64,000 nucleotides of DNA from a bacterium (GTDB taxonomy: Bacteria; Patescibacteriota; Minisyncoccia; Phycocordibacterales; Zambryskibacteraceae), in the NCBI GenBank assembly GCA_030649135.1, contig JAUSGI010000008.1:81935-145934 (forward strand), in the 5' to 3' direction. The notes below the pieces were generated by a model. It was not told the origin of the DNA. It ran no database searches and saw only the letters and a program-made list of their open reading frames with translations. Position 1 is the stretch's first letter; each line of letters starts with the position of its first letter. This document shows, piece after piece, positions 46,629-55,907 of the stretch. Both the position numbers and the translations under genes were made by a program.

Positions 46629-46720
46629 GTTTTCACCTTTCGTGGGTTTGTTGTTAAGGATCTGATGTCTGCAGTGGACACTACATTAAATAAATACATT
46701 CGTCAAGATAGTGTTCTTTT

Positions 46721-47986
46721 TTATTTCCTTATTTCAGAGAGTCCGTTCATATAGGGCACCAGTACCTCGGGAATCCTGATGGAACCATCAGCCTGTTGAA
46801 AATTCTCAATCAGAGAAACCAGAATGCGCGGAGTGGGCGCAGCAGTGGCGTTGAGTGAGTGGGCGTATTTAATTTTGCCGTCATCATCTTTATATCGAGT
46901 GTTGAATCTTCTGGTTTGGAAGTCATGATAGTACGATGCGCTGGCAATCTCTCTGTACCTGCCTTCTTTGGGCACCCAGAGTTCGGTATCATAAGATTTG
47001 ACGTGAGCACCCTTGAGGTCGCCGGTACATATCGCTAGCTGTTGATACGGAATACCGAGTGACTCGATAAACTCTTCCATATTTCTGTTTAGTTCTTCAT
47101 GGAACTTCACGGACTCTTCGTGGCTTGCCTCACACAAAATAAGTTGTTCCAGTTTGAAAAACTCATTGACCCGAATCAAACCTTTTACATCTTTTGAATA
47201 GCTGCCGGCTTCGCGGCGATAACACGGCGAAAACGCCAGATACCTCTTTGGCAACTCTGCCTTGTCGAGAATCTCTTCCGCATGATAGGCCATCATCGGC
47301 ACTTCGGCCGTGCCGGCCAGATAATCACCGTCTTGAGTTTGATAAATGTCTTCGGCTCCTCCCGGCAAGTGACCGGTACCGTAGAAGAAATTTTTATGAA
47401 CAATCGCTGGGGCAATGAATGGCGTAAAGTTTTTTCGCAGGAAGAAGTGTTGCGCATAATTCCAGATTGCCCAAGAGAGCATGGCTCCAGCATTTTTCAA
47501 AAAGTAGCCCCGAAAGCCGTGCACCTTGACTCCCCTTTCAAAATCAACCATATCGAGTCCAATCATGAGCTCGGTATGATCTTTAGGCTCAAAGTCGAAC
47601 TTAGGCTTGTCACCCCAAGTTTTGATTACAACATTTTCTTCTTCGCTTGCGCCTTCGGGAACAGAAGCATCCGGCACGTTAGGGACAGAGAGCATCAGTC
47701 CCTGCCATTCATGCATCACTTCCTTTAATGCCTCTTCCTCTCGCCCAAGCTCTACCTTCAGCACTTTCATCTTTTCCAAAATATTGTCGCGTTCTTCGGA
47801 ATTTGCCTTAACTATTGCGTTGTTAGCCACCTTCTGTTCAGCTCGCTTCTCTTCCACTTTGCCTAAGAGCTTTTTACGCTTGTCATCGACTGCGATAAGT
47901 CTATCGATATCGCATTCGATATGTTTCTTTTTAGCCGCGAGTTCGACTAGTTCTCTATTTTCCCTAATAAACTTAATATCAAGCAT
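46721..47986 (-). CDS. serS: Seryl-tRNA synthetase
   Basis: N-terminal coiled-coil arm plus class II core motifs 'FRGYFL' and 'YRREAGS'. The start is the internal ATG 'MLDIKFIREN'. An antisense ORF at 47607 was judged spurious. Confidence 0.9.
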   Translation of the reverse strand: MLDIKFIRENRELVELAAKKKHIECDIDRLIAVDDKRKKLLGKVEEKRAEQKVANNAIVKANSEERDNILEKMKVLKVELGREEEALKEVMHEWQGLMLSVPNVPDASVPEGASEEENVVIKTWGDKPKFDFEPKDHTELMIGLDMVDFERGVKVHGFRGYFLKNAGAMLSWAIWNYAQHFFLRKNFTPFIAPAIVHKNFFYGTGHLPGGAEDIYQTQDGDYLAGTAEVPMMAYHAEEILDKAELPKRYLAFSPCYRREAGSYSKDVKGLIRVNEFFKLEQLILCEASHEESVKFHEELNRNMEEFIESLGIPYQQLAICTGDLKGAHVKSYDTELWVPKEGRYREIASASYYHDFQTRRFNTRYKDDDGKIKYAHSLNATAAPTPRILVSLIENFQQADGSIRIPEVLVPYMNGLSEIRK

Positions 47987-48008
47987 AATACGATACAATA
48001 TTATCATA

Positions 48009-48866
48009 ATGATTCGTGAACTTCTCCCACCTGATTTCCCCGCACTTCTCAAAGAAATTCCTGACGCCCCGCAACGGCTTCGTTACGAAGGCATGTTACC
48101 GAAAGATGGCAATAAGCTTTTGGCTGTCGTCGGTTCAAGAAAGTACTCGAGCTATGGCAGAGAATCATGCGAGTCTATTATCTCCGGACTGTCCGGTTCT
48201 CCCATCACAATCGTCTCCGGCTTGGCACTCGGTATCGATTCTATAGCCCACCGCGCCGCTCTGCGCGCTGGCCTCCAGACTATCGCCATCCCGGGCTCCG
48301 GTCTTGATAGGAAAGTCTTACACCCCCACTCACATGTTAATCTCGCGGAAGAAATTATCGAAAATGGTGGCGGACTCATTTCGGAATACGACGATACGAT
48401 GCCAAGTGGCGCGTGGGCCTTCCCAAGAAGAAACAGAATCATGGCTGGGATGTGCCACGCCACTATCGTCATCGAAGCGGAGAAGCGTTCTGGGACTCTC
48501 ATAACTTCACGGCTCGCCACAGAATATAACCGTGAAGTTGGTTGCGTTCCCGGCCCAATTGATTCTCCCACTTCCGATGGGCCGCATATGCTTATCCGCC
48601 TCGGCGCCGCACTCATCCGAGATGCCAATGATGTACTGGAACTTCTAGGACTCCAGAGAAAGGACGAGAACCTAACACTCGTAGATATAGAAGAGCTAAG
48701 TGATGAAGAGAAAATTTTTATAAAAATCTTAGAGGAACCATGTTCACGCGATGAACTTATCCGTAAATCACAACTCGATATCGGCAACGCTAGCGCTACT
48801 TTGTCACTTCTGGAGATTAAGGGTTTAATTAGCGAAGAACTGGGTGAAGTACGAAAGACGTTTTAA
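48009..48866 (+). CDS. dprA: DNA-processing protein DprA (Smf)
   Basis: 'AVVGSRKYSSYG', 'IVSGLALGIDSIAHRAAL' and a C-terminal winged helix. The start is placed at 'MIRELLPP'. Confidence 0.8.
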   Translation: MIRELLPPDFPALLKEIPDAPQRLRYEGMLPKDGNKLLAVVGSRKYSSYGRESCESIISGLSGSPITIVSGLALGIDSIAHRAALRAGLQTIAIPGSGLDRKVLHPHSHVNLAEEIIENGGGLISEYDDTMPSGAWAFPRRNRIMAGMCHATIVIEAEKRSGTLITSRLATEYNREVGCVPGPIDSPTSDGPHMLIRLGAALIRDANDVLELLGLQRKDENLTLVDIEELSDEEKIFIKILEEPCSRDELIRKSQLDIGNASATLSLLEIKGLISEELGEVRKTF

Positions 48867-48936
48867 ATATTTCAATTCGCATATTTTCCTTGACATTATT
48901 GACACGATATGTTATGCTTCTCGCAGGAGGTGTGTT

Positions 48937-49164
48937 ATGGAGTCAATCATCACGGCCATCATGATTCTCCTTGTTGTGCTATGCACGATCCTCACATTCG
49001 ACAGATGGCTGACTGCTATCCTGTCGGTCGGAGGACTCGCGCTCTACGTGGCCTCGTGGCCTGCCGAGAGCGTGTGGGGTAGCTGGCCAGCGATGCTGGT
49101 CTGGGCCGTCGGTATTCTAATGTGGTTCACAGCGGTCCGCATGTGCATGTCATCAACGGACTGA
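48937..49164 (+). CDS. Small GC-rich membrane protein (hypothetical)
   Basis: 75 aa from the ATG, with a strong SD 'AGGAGGTG', 2 TM helices and about 56% GC. A terminator follows. The ORF is open back to 48844. Confidence 0.5.
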   Translation: MESIITAIMILLVVLCTILTFDRWLTAILSVGGLALYVASWPAESVWGSWPAMLVWAVGILMWFTAVRMCMSSTD

Positions 49165-49169
49165 GCAGA

Positions 49170-49215
49170 TTCCACTGCTCCCCGCCTCGTCGCAAGATTT
49201 GGCGGGTTTTCGTTT
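49170..49215 (+). terminator. Rho-independent terminator after the small membrane-protein gene
   Basis: 'ctccccgcctcgtcgcaagatttggcggg' followed by 'ttttcgtttt'. Confidence 0.45.
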
Positions 49216-49254
49216 TATAATTTGCAAATAAAAAGTTTCTGTAGTATTTGTTAG

Positions 49255-51462
49255 GTGATGCGTTTACTTATAGTAGAGTCGCCGTCGAAAGCCAAGACTA
49301 TCGAGAAATATCTTGGTAAAGATTTTCGCGTGGTCGCGTCCGTCGGGCATATTCGCGACCTTCCCAAATCAAATAAGGCGGCTATTGATGTACCGGGTGG
49401 CTTCATACCGCACTACGAAGTGGTGAAGGGAAAAGAAAGAGTGATTTCGGAAATTAAGTCATTGTCCAAAAAAGCCGACGAAGTCTTGCTCGCGACCGAC
49501 CCAGACCGCGAAGGTGAGGCTATTGCTTGGCATGTCGAGCAGGCGGTTGGATTGAAGTCTCCGAAACGTATTGTCTTCTATGAGATAACCAAAGAAGCCG
49601 TAGAAGAAGCGCTCGAACATCCCCGAGAAATTGACACCAACCTTCGGGAAGCACAGGAAGCAAGGAGGGTTTTGGACCGTTTGGTCGGCTATGACCTTTC
49701 CGGACTAATCTGGAAAAAGGTGCGTTACGGTCTGTCCGCCGGCAGAGTGCAATCCCCCGCTCTGCGCATCGTAATGGAGCGCGAGCGCGAAATACGCGCC
49801 TTTCTACCGGTCACTTTCTGGACTATTACTGCCAATCTCGAAGATAAATCTAAAAATAATCTGGTTTTCGTCTGTTCCCAAGAACCAAATAAAAAAGAGG
49901 ATGTAGAAAATATCATTAATTCTGCCAAGGTCTCCCCTTGGCAAGTTACGGACATCAAGGAAACCAAAGTGGCGCGCGCTCCGCGCGCGCCCTTCATCAC
50001 CTCGACCTTGCAACAGACAGCAAGTTCTCGCCTTGGCATGGCACCCTCTCGCTCTATGTACTTTGCCCAGAGACTTTACGAAGCCGGACACATTACTTAT
50101 ATGCGTACCGACTCCACCAATCTTGGTGGTGCGGCGCGCAAAGAAATAGAGGAGGTGGTGAAGAAAAAATACGGAGCGAATTATTTTGAATCGCACGTCT
50201 TTGCGAAAAAATCTAAAAACGCACAAGAAGCTCACGAAGCCATTCGGCCAACGCACATGAATGTAGAAACGGCTGGGGCGACAGATGGGGAGAAAAAACT
50301 TTACCAACTAATCTGGCAGAGAACCATCTCAAGCCAAATGAAACCGGCGGAAGTCATGCGGACCAAAGTCGTGGCCAACACAGAGGTTAAACCTCTGGGA
50401 TTGGAGTCCGGAGGTTTAACCTCTGGGGAAATGCCGGACTTCTGGCTCAATGGCTCGCGCATTATCTTTGACGGCTGGCTTAAGGCCGACCCACGCTCGG
50501 CTAGTGAGGATATTATCTTGCCGAAAATCTTGACAGGCGACCCGCTCAAGCTCTTGAATATAAGCTCGGAAGAAAAGCTAACCGAACCGCCCGCTCGATA
50601 TTCCGAAGCAGGATTAATTAAAGAACTTGAAAAACGCGGCATCGGCCGACCGTCGACCTATGCTTCCATTATCAAGACACTTGACGACCGTGGCTATGTG
50701 GAAAAAAGGGCTAAAGCCCTTTTCCCCACCGACACAGGTGAAGTGGTCAGCTCATTTCTCGAAGAGCATTTCCCTACCTATATCAGTGATTCCTTCACTG
50801 CGGAAATGGAGGACGAGCTGGACGACATCGCCAACGGTACGCGCACATATAAGAAAACTCTGGCTGATTTTTATACGCCATTTTCAAAAGAAGTAAAAGA
50901 GCGAGATAAAGTCGCCAAAATCACTAACCTAGGCAAAGCGCCAGCGGACTTGAAGTGCCCCGTCTGCGGAGCTAACATGATTATCAAGCTCGGCAAGAGC
51001 GGTAAGTTCTTGTCCTGCGAGAAGTACCCGGAATGCCAAGGGGCACGCACCATGGAAGGCAAGGAGCTTGAAGGGCCTAAAGATACCGGAGAAATATGCC
51101 CTAAGTGCGGCAAGGGTAATCTGGTCACTCGGGAAGGCAAGTTCGGCATGTTCACGGCTTGTTCGCGTTTCCCCAAGTGCAAGTTTGTCAAAAAAGATGA
51201 GGAGCAAGAGAAAGCAAACTCCACCGGTGTAAAATGTCCCGTATGTAAAACTGGTTTTCTGTCGGAACGGCGCGGCCGCTTCGGAATATTCTACAGCTGC
51301 TCAAACTATCCCGACTGTAAGTATGCCATCAATGCTAAGCCTACCGGTGAGACCTGCAAACTCTGTGGTAGTTTGATGATGGAAGGTACGAAAACTATTC
51401 CGGAGAGATGTTCAGATAAAAAATGTCCCAATCACAACCCACACAAAATCAATCAGACCTAG
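49255..51462 (+). CDS. topA: DNA topoisomerase I with C-terminal zinc ribbons
   Basis: Toprim 'LIVESPSKAKTI', the active-site region 'GHITYMRTDS' and four C4 zinc ribbons. Confidence 0.9.
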   Translation: MMRLLIVESPSKAKTIEKYLGKDFRVVASVGHIRDLPKSNKAAIDVPGGFIPHYEVVKGKERVISEIKSLSKKADEVLLATDPDREGEAIAWHVEQAVGLKSPKRIVFYEITKEAVEEALEHPREIDTNLREAQEARRVLDRLVGYDLSGLIWKKVRYGLSAGRVQSPALRIVMEREREIRAFLPVTFWTITANLEDKSKNNLVFVCSQEPNKKEDVENIINSAKVSPWQVTDIKETKVARAPRAPFITSTLQQTASSRLGMAPSRSMYFAQRLYEAGHITYMRTDSTNLGGAARKEIEEVVKKKYGANYFESHVFAKKSKNAQEAHEAIRPTHMNVETAGATDGEKKLYQLIWQRTISSQMKPAEVMRTKVVANTEVKPLGLESGGLTSGEMPDFWLNGSRIIFDGWLKADPRSASEDIILPKILTGDPLKLLNISSEEKLTEPPARYSEAGLIKELEKRGIGRPSTYASIIKTLDDRGYVEKRAKALFPTDTGEVVSSFLEEHFPTYISDSFTAEMEDELDDIANGTRTYKKTLADFYTPFSKEVKERDKVAKITNLGKAPADLKCPVCGANMIIKLGKSGKFLSCEKYPECQGARTMEGKELEGPKDTGEICPKCGKGNLVTREGKFGMFTACSRFPKCKFVKKDEEQEKANSTGVKCPVCKTGFLSERRGRFGIFYSCSNYPDCKYAINAKPTGETCKLCGSLMMEGTKTIPERCSDKKCPNHNPHKINQT

Positions 51463-52967
51463 ACCCACTCGCCAACATTATAAGGAGCATGGTCAACCCT
51501 TTGCCGGAAGACGTTGTCACCGTCAAGAAGGCCTTTACCTTCGCTCTCCGCGCTCACCAAGGGCACGAGAGACTATCCGGGGAACCTTATTTAAAACATC
51601 TGTCCGAAACGGCACTGATACTGGCAGAGCTGGGCGCGGGAGGGCCAACGATTGCAGCTGGATTACTTCACGATACGATAGAAGATGTTGGGGTTAAAAG
51701 AGAGGAAATTGTATCTGAATTTGGAGAAGAAGTCGCTTTCTTGGTTGACGGTGTTACCAAGCTCGGACATCTTAAATATAAAGGTGTTAACCGACACAAC
51801 GAGAGCTTGCGTAAATTATTCGTAGCCATGTCGGAAGATATCAGAGTGCTTCTCATCAAGCTCGCGGACCGCCTACATAATATGAGAACGCTCTCTCATG
51901 TGCCGAAAGAAAAACAAAAAAGGATAGCGGCGGAGACACTCGAAATCTACGCCCCCATCGCCTACCGACTGGGTATCAGAAAGATTAATCGCGAGCTTGA
52001 AGACTTATCCTTCCCTTACGTATATCCCAAGGAATACGAAGAGATGCGAAAAATGCTCAAAGAACGACACTCGGATAGAGTAGAGAGTTTAGAAAAATTT
52101 TCACACTCTGTTCAGAAGGCGCTGGCCAAAGAAGGTTTAACCAAAGCCAAGACAGAGTATCGGGTAAAGGGACTCTATAGTCTATACAAAAAATATCTTA
52201 GATATGATAAAGACCTGGAAAAGATCTATGACGTGAGCGCCATGCGTATCCTAGTGGACTCTATAGCAGATTGTTATCGAGTGCTGGGAGTGATACATGG
52301 ACGCTGGAGACCTTTACCGCGTCGTATCAAAGATTACATCGCTTTCCCCAAACCGAATGGCTATCAGGCCCTACATACAACTATCTTCATTGGAGACGGC
52401 AATATTGTGGAAGTCCAGATTAAAACTCACGAGATGTATCGGTATTCCGAATACGGTATCGCTTCCCACCTTTACTATAAAGAAAACGGTCGCAATAAAA
52501 ATGTCTTGGCCTGGGTCTATGCCCTTTTGCCAAAATCTAAAAAAGCAAACGGCACAGGTACTGTTAAAAGTAAGGATGTGCCCAAATGGATATCGGAGTT
52601 GGCCACATATGAAGAGCCCTCCCAAAATCAACGGCTCTTCCGAGAAAGGCTCACAAGCGACTTTTTCAGCCAAAGAATATTTGTTTTCTCCCCGAAGGGC
52701 GACGTGGTGGACTTGCCTATTGACTCAACCCCCATCGACTTTGCCTATTCGATACATTCCGACATCGGAGACCGCATGACGGGCAGCAAAGTGAATGGCA
52801 AGTTGGTCTCACTTGACACCAAGCTTCACAATGGAGATATAGTTTTCATCATGACTAGCGAATCGGCTAAACCTAATCGCAAATGGCTTGAGATGACCAA
52901 AACCTCAATGGCTCGCCGCCATATCCGACATCAACTTGGGAAACTTAGGAAACCTGACCGCGCTTAG
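51423..52967 (+). CDS. rel: RelA/SpoT-family (p)ppGpp synthetase/hydrolase (HD + synthetase + TGS, no ACT domain)
   Basis: HD 'HDTIEDV', synthetase 'ILVDSIADCYRVLGVIHGRWRP...DYIAFPKPNGYQALHTT' and TGS 'IFVFSPKGDVVDLP'. The start may be the second ATG at 51489. Confidence 0.85.
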   Translation: MSQSQPTQNQSDLDPLANIIRSMVNPLPEDVVTVKKAFTFALRAHQGHERLSGEPYLKHLSETALILAELGAGGPTIAAGLLHDTIEDVGVKREEIVSEFGEEVAFLVDGVTKLGHLKYKGVNRHNESLRKLFVAMSEDIRVLLIKLADRLHNMRTLSHVPKEKQKRIAAETLEIYAPIAYRLGIRKINRELEDLSFPYVYPKEYEEMRKMLKERHSDRVESLEKFSHSVQKALAKEGLTKAKTEYRVKGLYSLYKKYLRYDKDLEKIYDVSAMRILVDSIADCYRVLGVIHGRWRPLPRRIKDYIAFPKPNGYQALHTTIFIGDGNIVEVQIKTHEMYRYSEYGIASHLYYKENGRNKNVLAWVYALLPKSKKANGTGTVKSKDVPKWISELATYEEPSQNQRLFRERLTSDFFSQRIFVFSPKGDVVDLPIDSTPIDFAYSIHSDIGDRMTGSKVNGKLVSLDTKLHNGDIVFIMTSESAKPNRKWLEMTKTSMARRHIRHQLGKLRKPDRA

Positions 52968-53926
52968 ATACTGAAATTGGCGACAGAATAGAGAGACTCG
53001 TCGTCTTCGGATTTTACTGGCTCGTCCTCTGCGAGAATTTTGTCCTCCTCTGTCAGAGCTGGAACGTCTGCTATAGACATGTTTACTTCATGTGAGTTTT
53101 TAAATTCTTTATCCACAATAATTCTTTCAAGTAGAGCTCGTAGGTCATCTTTATTGAAAAAGTCTATCGTCACTCGCCCGCCTTCTTCCTTCTTTTCTAT
53201 TCTCACTCGAGTACCCAATTTCTCTTTAAACAAGCCCTCGATATCTATAAGTTCTTGGTCGATCAACTTGCGGGCACGCTCGACCGCAATGTGACGTGCG
53301 ATACCTTCCGCCTCCCTGACGTTGAGTTTTTTGAAAATAATTTCTTTGAAAAGCGTTTCTTGCTCCTGTGGCCTGTCGGTAAGCATCATGAGTGGCCGGG
53401 TATGGCCCTCGCTAATCTTATTTTCCGATAGAGCGTTAATAATATATTCCGGCAAAGAAAGAATGCGCAGAGAGTTTGAGACAAACTCACGACTCTTCCC
53501 TACTTTCTTGCCGATCTCGTGATGCTTGAACTTAAATTCTTTCGACAGGCGGTCGAAAGCGCGGGCACGGTCAACGGGACTAAGGTCCTCGCGCTGAATG
53601 TTTTCGATGATAGCGAGCTCAAGTTTCATTAGGTCAGTTTCCTCACCATCGCGAATGAGTACTGGTACTTGCGCGAGGCCAGCTAGGCGAGCGGCGCGGA
53701 GGCGCCGCTCGCCGGCCACCAATTCATATTCCACACCAATCCCCCCCTCCTCCTTTTCCACTTCTTTACGCGTCACCACAAGAGCCTGAAGCACGCCATA
53801 TTGGCGGATGGAATCCGCCAAACTCTTGAGCTGAACTTCATCGAAGTCACGGCGGGGCTGGTATGGGTTCGGCTTAATTTTATCCACCTCTATCCAGAAA
53901 ATAGAGTCGTTATAGAATCGGGACAT
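52964..53926 (-). CDS. parB: ParB/Spo0J-family partition protein
   Basis: ParB box 'GVLQALVV...ELVAGERRLRAARLAG', an HTH and an acidic C-terminus. Confidence 0.8.
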   Translation of the reverse strand: MSRFYNDSIFWIEVDKIKPNPYQPRRDFDEVQLKSLADSIRQYGVLQALVVTRKEVEKEEGGIGVEYELVAGERRLRAARLAGLAQVPVLIRDGEETDLMKLELAIIENIQREDLSPVDRARAFDRLSKEFKFKHHEIGKKVGKSREFVSNSLRILSLPEYIINALSENKISEGHTRPLMMLTDRPQEQETLFKEIIFKKLNVREAEGIARHIAVERARKLIDQELIDIEGLFKEKLGTRVRIEKKEEGGRVTIDFFNKDDLRALLERIIVDKEFKNSHEVNMSIADVPALTEEDKILAEDEPVKSEDDESLYSVANFSI

Positions 53927-53969
53927 GCAAATATTATATCAAATGTTTTTATGCTATTCTATGGTAGAC

Positions 53970-54052
53970 GCTGGAGTGATGGAATGGCAGACATGCAGCA
54001 CTCAAAATGCTGTGGGCGCAAGCCCGTGTGGGTTCAAGTCCCACCTCCAGCA
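53970..54052 (+). tRNA. tRNA-Leu (anticodon CAA)
   Basis: Hand fold. Acceptor GCTGGAG/CTCCAGC, 3-bp D-stem, anticodon stem CAGCA/TGCTG with loop CTCAAAA, a 15-nt variable arm (GGGC-GCAA-GCCC), T-arm GTGGG-TTCAAGT-CCCAC. No CCA is encoded. Confidence 0.8.
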
Positions 54053-54053
54053 C

Positions 54054-54632
54054 ATGCTAAATCTTACCGATAAAACTTTGGTGGCATATGTTATTGGTAT
54101 CGCTCTTGGCGATGGAAATCTTTCTAATCCGAATGGACGTGCAGTTAGATTAAGAATAACCTGTGACTCTAAATATCCCTTTTTGATTTCTAAGATTGAA
54201 CAGTCATTAAAGAAATTGGCCCCTAAAAATAAAGTCTCTCGAATCAATAGAGGAGATAATGCCATAGATGTCAGCTGCTATTCAAATCAATGGGAGCAAT
54301 TACTCGGTTGGAAGGCCTACGGTGGCTCAAAAATAAGACAATCGGTTCGCATACCTAGTTGGATATTTAGAAATAAAAAACTTTGTCAGGCTTGTTTGTG
54401 CGGACTATGGGAGACCGATGGTTCGGTTTACAAAGACAGAAAATATATAACAGCAAATTTTGTGACTCAGATTCCAAGCCTCGCACAAGGTGTGGCGAAG
54501 ATGATTCTTAAAACCCGCTACAAGGCTTCTATACAAAAATTGGTCTTATCTGATAACAGAGAAAAATTTACTTTCAGAATTCATAGAAATGCTTCTCAGT
54601 TTATTAAAGAAATGTCTATAGAGAAAAGGTGA
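54054..54632 (+). mobile_element. Free-standing double-motif LAGLIDADG homing endonuclease gene
   Basis: Motif 1 'VIGIALGDGNLS' and motif 2 'LCGLWETDGSV'. The ATG sits 2 nt after the tRNA-Leu 3' end. The frame is open back through the tRNA to 53925. Confidence 0.7.
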
Positions 54633-54770
54633 TACAGCAAGCGTCCATCATAGAATGTGGATTCTCTCTCCCGGCACCCATAATTGACTTCCTATCAGTG
54701 TGATATAAAATTCGTGTTAAACAGTACAAACGCGACTTATCAGATAGAACCAAGGGAGGAGGTGAAGGAC

Positions 54771-55160
54771 ATGACACCAGGCGATAAACTGCAGTTATGC
54801 CAGCAGGTTGGGGAGTGCCTCCGAAACTCTCCGGTAAAAGATTCTCTCACGAAGCGCTGGGAGAATCAGCTCTTCGCGAGGCATCTAGAGTATCCGGAGC
54901 GAAGTCCCCAAATCTGCACGACGGTGCAGTTGGAAATCGGACCTACAACCGGCTGGTTTACACTTGAGCAGACGGGTGGTGGTTTCTTGGCGCACATCTG
55001 GGCGCCAGGCGCCCGAGAGTCCAAGGAGGTCGAGAAGGAGGCACGCGATCTCGGTGACCATCTGTTGTCGGTCCTTCCTGCCTCATGCGTTCGAGTCCGT
55101 TTTGCCAAACCGCACGAGTTCCTCTCTCGTAAAGGGTGGTCAATCCACAACGGCAACTAG
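54771..55160 (+). CDS. Hypothetical protein in GC-rich islet
   Basis: 129 aa with a very strong SD 'GGGAGGAGGTG', about 58% GC and a perfect terminator downstream. The ORF is open back to 54684. Confidence 0.5.
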   Translation: MTPGDKLQLCQQVGECLRNSPVKDSLTKRWENQLFARHLEYPERSPQICTTVQLEIGPTTGWFTLEQTGGGFLAHIWAPGARESKEVEKEARDLGDHLLSVLPASCVRVRFAKPHEFLSRKGWSIHNGN

Positions 55161-55181
55161 GTATAGACGGGCAATCATCCC

Positions 55182-55224
55182 GGGCCTCTCCGACACCGCT
55201 GTCGGAGAGGCCCTCTTCTTTTTT
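55182..55224 (+). terminator. Strong rho-independent terminator
   Basis: A 14-bp stem (gggcctctccgaca / tgtcggagaggccc) is followed by a T-rich run ending in TTTTTT. Confidence 0.7.
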
Positions 55225-55339
55225 AAATTTATTTTCATAAATGGTTAGTTTTTACTGCATGTGCTTGACTTTTAGCATATATCTATTGTATAATCTAAGC
55301 AGAAAATAAAACGATCTTAGCCCAGGGCCCAAGGAGGGC

Positions 55340-55795
55340 ATGATGCACAAGTCACTAGTTTTCGCATGGATATGTGTGATCTGTTGGTCATTCCTTCCGA
55401 ATATTTTGGAACGGAAGCTGGATGGTTTCCACCCTGCGTCGATCCTCGTCCTCGTCTACTCCGTGATGCTCTCGCTCGCCTTTGTACGACTGGGACACGT
55501 AAAGTACATGGGAGAGCCGGTGCACTTCCCGACGGGCATCTTCCTTACCATCGCTGTCGGTACTGCCTTCCTCTGGTTTGTGGGTGACTACTCGTATACC
55601 AGCGCATTCTTGAGCCAGGGTAGCCTGGTCGCGATCATGACTATTTTGGCTTTATCACCCATCGGTGCAACCCTCGTGAAGATGGTTTGGGCAGGGGAGC
55701 TCCCGAACCGTTATCACATCGTGGCGTATGTGGCAGTCCTCATAGCAATCTACTTCACGGCGAAAGGTAATACCATCGCCAACTCAGTCCCCTGA
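55340..55795 (+). CDS. Hypothetical 4-TM membrane protein in GC-rich islet
   Basis: 151 aa with SD 'AAGGAGGG' and GC-rich codon usage unlike the core genes. Confidence 0.5.
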   Translation: MMHKSLVFAWICVICWSFLPNILERKLDGFHPASILVLVYSVMLSLAFVRLGHVKYMGEPVHFPTGIFLTIAVGTAFLWFVGDYSYTSAFLSQGSLVAIMTILALSPIGATLVKMVWAGELPNRYHIVAYVAVLIAIYFTAKGNTIANSVP

Positions 55796-55907
55796 AATAG
55801 ACATTGCGAGTTCAAGCCTCGCATGGGAAAGCTCAACACAGCTTACCGTGCGGGGCTTTCTTATTTTCATAACATACTCTGTATATTTGCAATGTATAAT
55901 AAGATGA

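Noticed and set aside
47607-48008. N-terminal 130 aa of the 419-aa plus-strand ORF running antisense through serS
   Set aside because: It is Ser/Ala-rich antisense translation of serS. The real gene (dprA) begins at the ATG at 48009 with a recognisable DprA N-terminus.
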